Assembly (NCBI GenBank): GCA_964580235.1
Contig: CAZOJY010000003.1
Span: 934-64,933 of the forward strand
DNA: 64,000 nucleotides
Direction: 5' to 3'
Origin: an uncultured Eubacteriales bacterium
GTDB lineage: Bacteria; Acidobacteriota; Aminicenantia; Aminicenantales; Aminicenantaceae
Made by a program: the position numbers and the translations under genes. Below the pieces are notes generated by a model that worked only from the letters and a program-made list of their open reading frames with translations, was not told the origin of the DNA and ran no database searches. Positions 1-9,388 of this stretch are shown here, piece by piece (the stretch's first letter is position 1; every line of letters begins with the position of its first letter).

Positions 1-53
1 TTCATTTCTTTTATTATAACACACCCAAGTAACAAATGGGGATGTTCCTATAG

Positions 54-2249
54 TCACCAGCGCCAGGAGTACTGGATTTTGATGAAAAACTGATTCAGTT
101 CCGAGAGAAATCTTCCCTGAGTGTCCAGCCAGTTGCGGTTGTACACCACAAAAATATCCAGCAGACTGCGGTAGGTGAAACGCAGGCGGGTGTTCAGACC
201 CAGGGATTTTGTGATGTTGTCATACTGGAGGAAACTGAGAATCTGAAAGTTGGGCGTGATGAAAAGATCCATCCGGGCCCTTCCCAGCCGAATGTCCACA
301 TCGCCTCCGGTCAAACTTCCCCAGTTCCTTTCTCCCTCAAAAGCCAGGTTCAAGTGATGGGATGGCCTCCATGCCAGTTCAACCTGCAGCTGGCCCATGG
401 TTCCGTCATACATCGTGCCGAACCACCATGTTAATTTTGTCGTCACTTTTCGTTTGCTGGCTGATTGGAATTCCAGGCGGTAGCGCCACCAATTGTATTC
501 GCCCGCCTTGACAAAAACATCCTCTGCAATTTCGAAGTCTTCGGGAATACGTTCATAATAGGGGACGATGTTGAATTCGATCCGGTCACCGCTTTCCAGG
601 CGCCAGTTGAGGGGAGCTGTAAAAATCCTCCATTGGAAAATCTTTCCGTCCAGATCCCAGACTGCCTGAGTGAAAAATTCGTGCATCATTTGTCTTACCA
701 GAGACCACTCCGGCCTTGGCTTATAGGCAAGATTGAAGTTCGCTTTGTAAATACCCCTCCAAGGCACAAATCCCAGCGAGGGATCATAGTCTTCACCGAC
801 GCGCTTGAAATTGAATGAGATGTCCCAGAGATCATTGGGATAATCGACGGCAACTCCGAAGGCTGTGCGGTCGTTCCCCAAATCCTCACGATTGTTGAGC
901 AATCCCCAGATTCCGACCAGGAAATTTTTATTCCCCTGAAAACGGGAGGTCTTATAGACGAAATCCACCCCGGTCTGCCAGCTGTTGCCCCGTCCTAAAG
1001 GATCTCCAGCAGTTATGAGAAAACCCAACCTTGATTCTGCCCAGATTCTCTGAAAACCGCGGGCAGCAAAAAGATTTTTTCTTGGGGAAAGGCCCTCCAC
1101 TGGCCGCATCAATGAATTAAGCACACCGAAACTGAAACGTCCGGTGCTGCCGGTCGCTTTGACAGCAAGATCTATCGGAACCGTTTCTTCCTCTACCAAC
1201 CCGATGCGCCGGCTGAAAAACGGCAGCAAATCTCTGCTGTGGTAGAAGCTCATTCCCAGGCCAAATTCGAAAATATCCGAACCTTCGAGGAAAAAAGTTC
1301 TTTTTTCTGGGAAAAAAAGGGGAAACCGGGTCAGGTTGATCCGCCGGGTATCGACTTCGGTTTCGGCAAAATCCGTGTTGATGCTGAGGAGTCCGGTGAC
1401 ATTCCCTCCGAAATTTTTCAAAATATCCAGACCTGGCTCGAAATGGGTAGCGGCTGCTTCTTCTGAAGAATTCTGTATCCGGCTTCCCAGTGCATACGGC
1501 CGGATGGTCAAGCCCTTTCCCTGCTGGAATGCAGGAAGAGATGTGAGCTGGCCGGCTGTGCTGACGTTTGTGACTTTGAAGTTGCGGTTGGGTGCTGCCC
1601 AGCGGTCTGTTTCCTGCAGCCTCTGGATGCGCCGTTCCACATTAAATCCCCATTGTGTCAAACCCGTTGCGAATCGCAGGGTTTTGATCGGTATCAAAAT
1701 TTCAGCGCTCCAACCTTTTTCAGACCGGCGTGCAGCCGCTTCCCAGATTCCGTCCCATTGGGCATTCTCTCCTTCTCCCTCTCTCTCGATCAAGCCGTCA
1801 TACCGGGCCCCGTTTGGATTGATAGCGAAAATGTATCCTGTTCTGCCGTTTAAAAAAGTGTCAAGCACGATCTTCACATGGTCTTCACCACGCAGTTGGG
1901 CATCCCGCTGCATGGTGAAGCTCACGATCTTATCAGGATCGCTGTCGGAGCACATGATCCCGATATAAATCGATTGGAAATCCACGATGACCCGGATCTC
2001 GGTTGGCATACTCGGAGGAACACCCTCATCCGGTTCAACCATGCTAAGAGGGCCGATGGGAGAGGCATTTTGCCACACAGGTTCGGTTAACAAGCCATCA
2101 ATTTTGATGTGTTCCTGCTGGGAGATCTGAAAGACCTGCGCCTCTGGTAAAGAAAATTTTGCTTTGGATTGGATCGATCCCGGCTGGAGCAATAAAGCGG
2201 CAATAAGGAATGAAGGGAGGAACAACTTGAGGACTTTTGGCAAAATCAT
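54..2249 (-). CDS. Secreted CBM9-like / DUF5916-type envelope protein
   Basis: 731-aa ORF with an N-terminal signal peptide (MILPKVLKLFLPSFLIAALLLQPGSIQS). The N-domain motif IKIDGLLTEPVWQNA resembles carbohydrate-binding family 9-like modules. The beta-rich, aromatic-rich C-terminal two thirds end in IQYSWRW. The gene is the last in the ECF sigma/anti-sigma unit. Confidence 0.55.
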   Translation of the reverse strand: MILPKVLKLFLPSFLIAALLLQPGSIQSKAKFSLPEAQVFQISQQEHIKIDGLLTEPVWQNASPIGPLSMVEPDEGVPPSMPTEIRVIVDFQSIYIGIMCSDSDPDKIVSFTMQRDAQLRGEDHVKIVLDTFLNGRTGYIFAINPNGARYDGLIEREGEGENAQWDGIWEAAARRSEKGWSAEILIPIKTLRFATGLTQWGFNVERRIQRLQETDRWAAPNRNFKVTNVSTAGQLTSLPAFQQGKGLTIRPYALGSRIQNSSEEAAATHFEPGLDILKNFGGNVTGLLSINTDFAETEVDTRRINLTRFPLFFPEKRTFFLEGSDIFEFGLGMSFYHSRDLLPFFSRRIGLVEEETVPIDLAVKATGSTGRFSFGVLNSLMRPVEGLSPRKNLFAARGFQRIWAESRLGFLITAGDPLGRGNSWQTGVDFVYKTSRFQGNKNFLVGIWGLLNNREDLGNDRTAFGVAVDYPNDLWDISFNFKRVGEDYDPSLGFVPWRGIYKANFNLAYKPRPEWSLVRQMMHEFFTQAVWDLDGKIFQWRIFTAPLNWRLESGDRIEFNIVPYYERIPEDFEIAEDVFVKAGEYNWWRYRLEFQSASKRKVTTKLTWWFGTMYDGTMGQLQVELAWRPSHHLNLAFEGERNWGSLTGGDVDIRLGRARMDLFITPNFQILSFLQYDNITKSLGLNTRLRFTYRSLLDIFVVYNRNWLDTQGRFLSELNQFFIKIQYSWRW

Positions 2250-2317
2250 TGCTTTTATCGAAGGCGGTAGTATAAGGATTCTATGGAATTAACGCAAGGG
2301 AAGTCTGAGGATTTTCG

Positions 2318-2884
2318 CTATTTGGCCTGTGGGCCAATGCGGAAGTCAAGGGACGAGACCAAGAATTTACCGGTTGATTCCAGCGTTCTCTTTAATTCGG
2401 CATATTCCTTCTCGAGAGGAGATTCCACTTTCGAGAGCACATCTTCAGGAGAGGTCGCACGGATAAGGGCGGATATTTGGCCCGGTGAAGAAGCTTGTTT
2501 GGTCTGGAGATGGATGAAAAATAGAAGGCTGATGGCAAAAGCCAAAACCGTGAGGGCAGCAGCAAGAGAAGGGATCAGGGCAGGCCTTCCAAACGGCCAT
2601 TTGGGCGTGCGGCTGCTGCGCCCAGGTTCAGTTCCCAGTTCTGGTTTTTCAGGAATCGCAGCCATTATTTTTTCATTTAAAACTTCATCGAAATCCTGGA
2701 GAATAACTTTTTTATCCAGAGTGAACTTCTGTTTGAGCGAAGAGCAGAGTTCGGCATATTCCCGGCATGTATCACATCGTTGTAAATGCTTATACACATT
2801 GCTGGATATCGTTTTTCCTGAATCTAATGCCTGGGAGATCTTCCATTTATAAAGGGGACAAAACATTTTGTTTCTCCTCATCAT
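2318..2884 (-). CDS. Membrane-anchored anti-sigma factor (zf-HC2 type)
   Basis: 188 aa. H-x3-C-x2-C motif (HLQRCDTCREY) near the N-terminus and one TM helix (ALIPSLAAALTVLAFAISLLFFI). The start overlaps the sigma-factor stop by 4 nt (ATGA at 2881-2884). Confidence 0.65.
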   Translation of the reverse strand: MMRRNKMFCPLYKWKISQALDSGKTISSNVYKHLQRCDTCREYAELCSSLKQKFTLDKKVILQDFDEVLNEKIMAAIPEKPELGTEPGRSSRTPKWPFGRPALIPSLAAALTVLAFAISLLFFIHLQTKQASSPGQISALIRATSPEDVLSKVESPLEKEYAELKRTLESTGKFLVSSLDFRIGPQAK

Positions 2885-3483
2885 AAAAATGAAAATTTAT
2901 GGGCAGCAGGAGTGGTCCCTGCGAGCTTTACAGAAGCGATAGATTGGTCCATCCTCTTTCCTAGATTCAACCGGGCCCTGTGCAGGAGGACCCGGACAGT
3001 GATCGGTTTTTTATTCAGGATTTTTGCCATCTCTTTGATCGGCATATCCTCGCCATAATGCAGCCAGAGGGCCTCGTATTGTTTCTTTCCCAGCTTGCTG
3101 GCCAGATGCCAGATGTTCTGAGATTCCTCCTTCTGGATAACGATTTCCTGTGGGTCTAGGCAGGAAGGATAAGTTTCGAGCGAAGTCGATCTTTTTTTTT
3201 CCGACCGGAAGCGGCTGATAGCCTGCCGGATGGCAATCGTATACAGCCATGTCGAGAATTTCCGTTCGGGATTGAAGCGGTTGATATTCCGGAAGGCTTT
3301 GAGAAAAGTCTCCTGGACCAGGTCTTCGGTATCCTGGTCTGTTTTAAAGCGGTGACGGAGAAAATAAAATAAGCGGGCGCTGTAACGGGAGACCAATTCT
3401 TCGAAAGAGGACCGCGAGCCAATTGACACATTAGAGGCTAGTTCTTCATCGGAGAGATGATTGACCGCTGGGGTGTTTTCCAT
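2881..3483 (-). CDS. ECF-type RNA polymerase sigma-70 family factor
   Basis: 200 aa. Region 2 motif DLVQETFLKAFRNINRFNPERKFSTWLYTIA and region 4 HTH MPIKEMAKILNKKPITVRVLLHRARLNL. Translationally coupled to the anti-sigma gene. Confidence 0.88.
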   Translation of the reverse strand: MENTPAVNHLSDEELASNVSIGSRSSFEELVSRYSARLFYFLRHRFKTDQDTEDLVQETFLKAFRNINRFNPERKFSTWLYTIAIRQAISRFRSEKKRSTSLETYPSCLDPQEIVIQKEESQNIWHLASKLGKKQYEALWLHYGEDMPIKEMAKILNKKPITVRVLLHRARLNLGKRMDQSIASVKLAGTTPAAHKFSFL

Positions 3484-3669
3484 CAGCCTTCTGGCTCCTT
3501 TTCTGAATTATTACTTAGAAAATACATTCGGGCGTCAGCGAAGCAATCTCCTTTCATGGCTTGAGGGTGTCCTTGGACATGATATATTCATAAACAGTGC
3601 CAATGCTTCATGGGCTGCCGCCTTGCCCCCACGATCATTATAATCCTTATTTAAGCTATTTCCTAGGGA

Positions 3670-4614
3670 CTATGGCAGGAGATTGAAATCCGGAATCAAA
3701 TGAAACGCTGAGAATTTTGTTTTGCCCATTACGATATCGAGCAGCGCTTTGCTCGGGAAGTTCATCTCAAGGTAGAGTTTTTTGCCCTTGGTGGCTATCA
3801 CAATATCTTCGGGAACCTTAAATCCTGGTTTTATCTCTTCCAACTGCATGTTTGCCAAAGAAATCAAACCCCGCAAGACGTTTTCCATATTTTTGGCATC
3901 TTCCGGGGTTTTGACCGTAAAATTCAGACGGATGTTGAAATTTTCTTTGATTTCAGCGAGAGAGAACATCGCCGATTCTGTTTTTTTGATGATAAAAACT
4001 TTGGATTTACCTTCTGCTAGAGAAGATATATCTTTTGCCAAGGCTGCCAAAAACGCATTAGAAGGAATCTCTTTTATATAGTCATTCATTGGCGAACGCG
4101 TTATATTTGGCTTTTTTCCGGCAATAACATCCAGTGCCAGTTGGAGGGTCTCCTGGTTCGGGCCCAGCAGTGCAAGATGATCATCGGCAAAGACGCCGTA
4201 TTCGTGACTATCCCAGTTGTGGATGGTGTATTTTCCGTAGGGAATTTCCTTGTGTGAATTTTCTTCTGACAGAAGGCCGAGAAGATAATCCTGGTCAAAA
4301 TCTCCTTGGAGGCAGATCACTGTTTTCATTTTGTTCTTTCCGAAGCCGAAAGCTGTAACACCATCGATGTCCTCTAGAAGATCGATCTTATATTTCTTGT
4401 GGAATTCGGTGTCCTTTTTCCCTAATCCCAGAGCGTCTTCATTGTTGAGCAAGTGATTTCCGATTTGAGTGGCAGCAAACTTCTCTAAATCGAAGTGAAT
4501 CACCCAGGTTGCCTCTGCAGGAATGATCGATTTTTGTAAAGTCACAGCCATTAAATTGCAACAAAAGAACAGGGCTAAAATGACAGTTACCATGATAATG
4601 ACAGCTTTTTTCAT
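3670..4614 (-). CDS. Hypothetical exported/membrane-anchored protein
   Basis: ORF 3670-4635. I prefer the internal ATG at 4614 (MKKAVIIMVTVILALFFCC...), which is preceded by AAGGAG. It has a hydrophobic N-terminal signal/anchor and no motif I recognise. Confidence 0.55.
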   Translation of the reverse strand: MKKAVIIMVTVILALFFCCNLMAVTLQKSIIPAEATWVIHFDLEKFAATQIGNHLLNNEDALGLGKKDTEFHKKYKIDLLEDIDGVTAFGFGKNKMKTVICLQGDFDQDYLLGLLSEENSHKEIPYGKYTIHNWDSHEYGVFADDHLALLGPNQETLQLALDVIAGKKPNITRSPMNDYIKEIPSNAFLAALAKDISSLAEGKSKVFIIKKTESAMFSLAEIKENFNIRLNFTVKTPEDAKNMENVLRGLISLANMQLEEIKPGFKVPEDIVIATKGKKLYLEMNFPSKALLDIVMGKTKFSAFHLIPDFNLLP

Positions 4615-4745
4615 GCTTTTTCTCCTTGTTAGCATGGATTAATTTGTCCACTCTCTTATACGCTGCAGCTGGGATAACGTTACACATAACGGCTCTGTCT
4701 GTTGTGTGAATTCCATTCCAAGGATATGATAATAGAGAAAGTAGT

Positions 4746-5858
4746 TTACCTAAAATTTTGGGAATTGCTGGCTTTTCTTTTCTTTTTCAGTTCAAACGAC
4801 GCTGTGGCTTTTTCTTCTCCGTTCACGATGATAGAAATCTGGTGAGTGCCCGGATAATGTTTTCGGGTCGTCTGCTCCTGGAATGCCTGTTTTTTCGATA
4901 GAGAATAAGTTCCCGAATCGTACTCTTTTTCCATGATTTTGAAAACTTTTTTGGATATTTTACCCTTGGCTTTAACAAAATAAACGGCATATTCTAGCCG
5001 AACCTTGCTTTTTTTCTTGATGTAAATGTCAAAGGTAAATGTCAAAGAATCTCCGATACTCAAGGCTTTTTTATCGAATTTCAAGTTCTTTATATCAATC
5101 AAGGATGGATCGCCGTATCCAAATATTTCGAGTGCCCTTTTGTTCCCGGCCTTGAGCATACTGCGGCAGGCGTGTTTTACGATTTTATCCGTATTTTCTG
5201 TATGCCCATGCCATTTCTCACAAATTTCTAAAGCCAGCTCGGGGTTGTCTTTGGAGATGTCGTTGAGATTGTTGGCCACGCTTCTCCTGACATCTGCGGA
5301 GGGGTCATTTTTCAGTTTTTCCAGGATTGGCAAGATAGGGCTTGGGTCTTTTTTAAATTTTGGCAGTGCCACTGCCCACGGGAGCCTCGGACGGCAGCCC
5401 TCGCTGGCCAGACGCCGGACCTTTGGGTCTTCATCTCCGGCCAATACCAACATGCAGGCCATGCCATTTTCAGGATCTTTTGCGAGGAAGGGACGGACAG
5501 CCAGTTCTGCCGAGATGTATTTTGTGAAATGCCTCAGAGCCGGCATAGACAAATCCCACTCCTCCAATCCGTAGGTGGCGACGAAGTCGGGCAAAGCCAA
5601 TGCCTCAAATCCTTTGACATGGGGAACAGCTTTCATCAGGATATCCAGAGCTTCCTTGTAGGACTTCGATAACGTATCAAACAAACACTTGGTTGTGTGT
5701 TTCATCTTGTCCAGTAGTTCTTTTGCTTCGAAAGATTCATCGAACATCAGCTCGAGAAATTGTGTTTTATCGAAGCCAGGATAGTGTCGTTTGATTACAT
5801 CCGCAAATTTATCGATCGATTCCCTGGTGAAAAATATGTCTTTGAGCCGTTCAGCCAT
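4746..5858 (-). CDS. DNA alkylation repair protein (AlkD/YhaZ-like HEAT-repeat family)
   Basis: 370 aa. The N-terminus MAERLKDIFFTRESIDKFADVIKRHYPGFDKTQFLELMFDESFEAKELLDKMKHTT and the later PKVRRLASEGCRPRLPW segment match my memory of the long DNA_alkylation family. No signal peptide. Confidence 0.65.
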   Translation of the reverse strand: MAERLKDIFFTRESIDKFADVIKRHYPGFDKTQFLELMFDESFEAKELLDKMKHTTKCLFDTLSKSYKEALDILMKAVPHVKGFEALALPDFVATYGLEEWDLSMPALRHFTKYISAELAVRPFLAKDPENGMACMLVLAGDEDPKVRRLASEGCRPRLPWAVALPKFKKDPSPILPILEKLKNDPSADVRRSVANNLNDISKDNPELALEICEKWHGHTENTDKIVKHACRSMLKAGNKRALEIFGYGDPSLIDIKNLKFDKKALSIGDSLTFTFDIYIKKKSKVRLEYAVYFVKAKGKISKKVFKIMEKEYDSGTYSLSKKQAFQEQTTRKHYPGTHQISIIVNGEEKATASFELKKKRKASNSQNFR

Positions 5859-5884
5859 TGCTGTTTCCTCCCAAAATATATTAA

Positions 5885-5910
5885 CCTGGATAATTCATAA
5901 ATTATCCAGG
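5885..5910. promoter_or_regulatory. Perfect 11-bp palindrome (CCTGGATAATT-cata-AATTATCCAGG), candidate operator or 5' UTR hairpin
   Basis: Read directly: arms 5885-5895 and 5900-5910 are exact reverse complements. The site lies 27 nt upstream of the minus-strand AlkD-like start, in a 366-bp AT-rich divergent intergenic region. Confidence 0.35.
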
Positions 5911-6224
5911 CTGCCCTGAATTATTCATGTACGAGTTTAAAATCAAGGGACACGTTACCTGATTTCAATGCTCAAACAATCCTGTAAAAAAAATGTTTGT
6001 GAATAATTACAGGTTAATTTATTACGGTTATGACTTCAAAGGAAAAATAGAACCGTCCCTTTTTTTATTGAAATGTCACACTATTTCGTTTAAAATGTAA
6101 TGTTCTGAATTTCTGAGGTTTTTTGATAAGATAGTCTGCTAATTTTGGCATAATACTATCGATATTTATATTGAATTCATATTGATTCATAAGAAGAATT
6201 ATCACGCAATGGGAGCTGGGAATA

Positions 6225-6905
6225 ATGGAAAAAAAGATGAAACCTTTTATTCAAGTCTATTGTCCTGAATGCCAGGAGATGATCAGTCCGGGAGAATGGA
6301 CGGCCTGTCCTTATTTCGAGGGTGAAAAGCTGAATATTTCAGACACTGAAGATGCGATGAAACAGATCTTTCGGTGCCATGTCCAGTGCGACTGTAAAAT
6401 CGAATATTCCTACTACGATGGCAACAAATTAATCACCAAAGTAGAGGATGCGATCGAAGACCAGGAGAGCTTGCGGCGGATCCTGTCTCTGGTATCGAAA
6501 AAAGCGGGTCCACCAGACAAAGGGGCGGCAAAAAAAGTTCTTCTTGTGGATGACGATAAAGACTTCTTGGAAATGCACTCTATTGTGTTGGAGAATAGAG
6601 GTTATGAGGTTATTACAGCCAGAAGCTCGAAGGAATGCATGGACAGGCTGGAGGGAATAAAGCCTGACATCGTCGTTCTCGATGTTATGATGGAACAATT
6701 TGATGCCGGCTTTAAAGCCAGTGAGAAAATCAAACAGAAATACGAAGATCTTCCGGTCATGCTGTTAACATCCATTGGAGCGCAGACGAGCCTGGACTTT
6801 TCATCCAGTGAGGAAGTGCTGAGAGTCAGCGGGGCAGATGTTCTTCTGGATAAGCCGGTAAGCCCAAAAGTCTTGATCGATGAGATCGAACGGCTGACAA
6901 GCTGA
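6225..6905 (+). CDS. Response regulator receiver protein with Cys-rich (zinc-ribbon-like) N-terminal domain
   Basis: 226 aa. The N-terminal ~100 aa carry CPEC...CP...CHVQCDC. The C-terminal REC domain has KKVLLVDDD, the phospho-acceptor context VVLDVMMEQFDAGF, LLTS and DKP. No DNA-binding output domain. Confidence 0.8.
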   Translation: MEKKMKPFIQVYCPECQEMISPGEWTACPYFEGEKLNISDTEDAMKQIFRCHVQCDCKIEYSYYDGNKLITKVEDAIEDQESLRRILSLVSKKAGPPDKGAAKKVLLVDDDKDFLEMHSIVLENRGYEVITARSSKECMDRLEGIKPDIVVLDVMMEQFDAGFKASEKIKQKYEDLPVMLLTSIGAQTSLDFSSSEEVLRVSGADVLLDKPVSPKVLIDEIERLTS

Positions 6906-6929
6906 TAGGCTGATAATCACCCAAAATCC

Positions 6930-9020
6930 ATGGAATTATTAAGCATTTCGAGGCAGAAGTGCCGGTTGTGCGGCCGTTGTGTACGAGACTGCCCCACCAA
7001 TGCCTTAATGATCGAGCATGGGAAGGTGGCTCGGATCGAGAGCCGCTGTATCCTCTGCGGCTCCTGTTACAAATACTGTCCCCACGGCGCGGTCATGCCT
7101 CAAACCAGTGTGAAAAAGGTTTTAAAAGCTCTGGATTCAGGGGAGAAGATAGTTGCCTGTCTCGATCCGACCTTTCCGGCTGTATTGGATGTGGGAACAC
7201 CCGGTCAGTTGGTGACGGCCCTTAAAAAATTGGGATTTCAAGAAGTCTGGGAATCTGCTCTTGGGGGAGACCTCATCAGCCGGGAATACAGAAAATGGCT
7301 GGGTGACGGCGCTAAAAAATCCTGTATTTCTTCGTTCTGTCCCTCTGTCGTTCTCTATATCGAAAAATTTTCGCCTCAGTTGATCGATCGACTCGTTCCT
7401 GTCGTATCCCCGATGGTTGCAACCGGAATGGCTGTTAAAAAACTCAGGGGAAAGGAAACCAAAGTGGTTTTTATCGGGTCCTGTATTTCCAGGATTCACG
7501 AACGCAACATCTCCTTCCTGGAAGGGAATGTGGATTGTGTACTGACCTATCACGATATCAAAGGCATTCTTGATAAAAAAGGGATAGATCGCGAAAAGCA
7601 AGAGGAATCCGAGTTTGATGGACCTCAACCCGGTTTGGGAAGAGTGCTCAGCATCTCAGGTGGAATGTCCAAATGCATCGGATTTAAGCAGGACCTGATC
7701 AATCTGGATTATGTTGTGGCCGCAGGTCCAAGGAGAGCTATACGGGCTGTTCAACAGCTTCAAAGCGGAGCTTTGCGATCCAAATTTCTCGATGTGCTGT
7801 TCTGTCAGGGATGCATCGATGGGCCTATCGTGGACAAAAAAATCTCTGGGCCCAGTCGGAAGCAGATGGTTGTGAATTTTTTTCTATCCCAGAACGAACA
7901 CATCTGGGACAAAGATAAAAACATTCCTGCCCAGCTGAAACCCATGGAGCTTGGACGAGGTTTCTCTGTTAAAGATGTTTCCTTGGCTGAGCCGAAGGAA
8001 GAAGAAATTCAGGCCGTTTTAAACGAGTTGGGTAAAGCGTACCCGAACCGGAATTTGGATTGTGGAGGATGTGGTTTTAGCACTTGCCGGGAAAAGGCCA
8101 TCGCTGTCGTGCAGGGTTTGGCCGAAAAAGAAATGTGCATGCACTATCTTCTCGCCCGATCACGACGTTTGTATTCCCGTTTGAAAAAATCCCATCAAGA
8201 ACTCAAAATTTCCCTCGAAGAGTTGGAACAGGCCCAGAGGCAGCTTATCCAATCGGAAAAGCTGGCTTCTCTCGGTCAGCTGGCAGCCGGTGTAGCCCAC
8301 GAATTAAACAACCCCCTGGGAACTATTACCCTTTTCAGTAATATGCTAAAAAAAGATCTAGCCCAAAACGAGAAGTGGGAAAAAGACATCAACCTGATCA
8401 TTCAGGAAACAGAAAGAGCGGCTAAAATTGTAAAAGATTTGTTGAGTTTTTCACGGGAAACCAAACTGAAACCCGGACTTGTGAACATCAACAGCCTAAT
8501 CGAAGAGGCCGTTTCACTTCTTGCAAAGCGGTCTATTTTCCGGAATGTTCAGGTGAAACAAATGCTCGGATCCTCTATTCCGTCCACGTTTGCCGATCCT
8601 GATTTGCTCAAGCAGGTTTTTTTCAATATCATCTTGAACGGGGCGCAGGCTATGGAAGGAAGCGGTGTCATGACAGTTAGAAGTCAGCCCAAAAACGGGG
8701 GAAGAAACATCGAAATCCAGATCGAAGATACAGGAAAAGGAATTACAGAAGAACACCTCCCCCGTCTTTTTGATCCCTTTTTTACGACAAAAGAAAAAGG
8801 AACAGGGCTTGGTTTAGCTTTAGTTTATGGGATTGTATCCAAACATAAGGGGACGATCGATGTGGAGAGTCAATTGGGAAAAGGAACGACTTTTTTAATA
8901 AATTTACCGATTTTAGATCAGAAGGAGTGGATGAGGGGAGAAAAAAAACTCGTTGAGATGAAAAAAGTGACAGAAGGAGGGGAAGGTGATTCAGAAGAAG
9001 ACAATCTTATTGGTGGATGA
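6930..9020 (+). CDS. Soluble sensor histidine kinase with 2x[4Fe-4S] ferredoxin, an [FeFe]-hydrogenase-like domain and a CGGCG Fe-S module
   Basis: 696 aa with no TM helix. Two CxxCxxCxxxCP motifs (aa 11-21 and 40-50). Hydrogenase large-subunit-like core with degenerate H-cluster motifs SSFCPSV, GSCISRIHE and FCQGCIDGP. LDCGGCGFSTCREKA Fe-S motif. HisKA H-box GVAHELNNPL and an HATPase_c domain (DTGKGI, GTGLGL). Confidence 0.85.
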   Translation: MELLSISRQKCRLCGRCVRDCPTNALMIEHGKVARIESRCILCGSCYKYCPHGAVMPQTSVKKVLKALDSGEKIVACLDPTFPAVLDVGTPGQLVTALKKLGFQEVWESALGGDLISREYRKWLGDGAKKSCISSFCPSVVLYIEKFSPQLIDRLVPVVSPMVATGMAVKKLRGKETKVVFIGSCISRIHERNISFLEGNVDCVLTYHDIKGILDKKGIDREKQEESEFDGPQPGLGRVLSISGGMSKCIGFKQDLINLDYVVAAGPRRAIRAVQQLQSGALRSKFLDVLFCQGCIDGPIVDKKISGPSRKQMVVNFFLSQNEHIWDKDKNIPAQLKPMELGRGFSVKDVSLAEPKEEEIQAVLNELGKAYPNRNLDCGGCGFSTCREKAIAVVQGLAEKEMCMHYLLARSRRLYSRLKKSHQELKISLEELEQAQRQLIQSEKLASLGQLAAGVAHELNNPLGTITLFSNMLKKDLAQNEKWEKDINLIIQETERAAKIVKDLLSFSRETKLKPGLVNINSLIEEAVSLLAKRSIFRNVQVKQMLGSSIPSTFADPDLLKQVFFNIILNGAQAMEGSGVMTVRSQPKNGGRNIEIQIEDTGKGITEEHLPRLFDPFFTTKEKGTGLGLALVYGIVSKHKGTIDVESQLGKGTTFLINLPILDQKEWMRGEKKLVEMKKVTEGGEGDSEEDNLIGG

Positions 9021-9387
9021 TGATCCGGATTTTCTTGAGATGCACAAGGTTGTGCTGATTAATCACGGCTATGAGGTAACGACAGCCGCCAGCGCTCAAG
9101 AAGGATTGGAGAAAGTGAGAACAGAAATGCCCGACTTGATTGTTCTAGATCTGATGATGGAAAAGTACGATGCTGGGTTTTCCTTTAGCAAGCAGATCAA
9201 AAACGATCCCTTGTTCAAGAAAATCCCGATTTTGATGGTGACAGCCGTTGCCGATGCCACGGGGTACAAGTTTTCTTTGGAAAAGGACGGGTACTGGATG
9301 AAAACGGATGAGTTTCTCGAGAAACCCATCGAGCCGTCGGTTCTCATCAGCAAAATCGAAAAATTACTTGGGAAAAAAGAGGATTAA
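8986..9387 (+). CDS. Single-domain response regulator (receiver only)
   Basis: 133 aa. KKTILLVDDDPDF, IVLDLMMEKYDAGF, MVTA, EKP. Clear paralog of the REC domain at 6225-6905. Its start lies inside the last 35 nt of the kinase gene. Confidence 0.85.
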   Translation: MIQKKTILLVDDDPDFLEMHKVVLINHGYEVTTAASAQEGLEKVRTEMPDLIVLDLMMEKYDAGFSFSKQIKNDPLFKKIPILMVTAVADATGYKFSLEKDGYWMKTDEFLEKPIEPSVLISKIEKLLGKKED

Positions 9388-9388
9388 A

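Noticed and set aside
6930-9020. Annotating the HydA-like protein as a catalytic [FeFe]-hydrogenase.
   Set aside because: The H-cluster signature motifs are altered (SFCP, CxxR, shortened CxxC). The protein is fused to HisKA/HATPase domains. No hydE/F/G maturases or partner HydB/C subunits are adjacent. A sensory role is more defensible.
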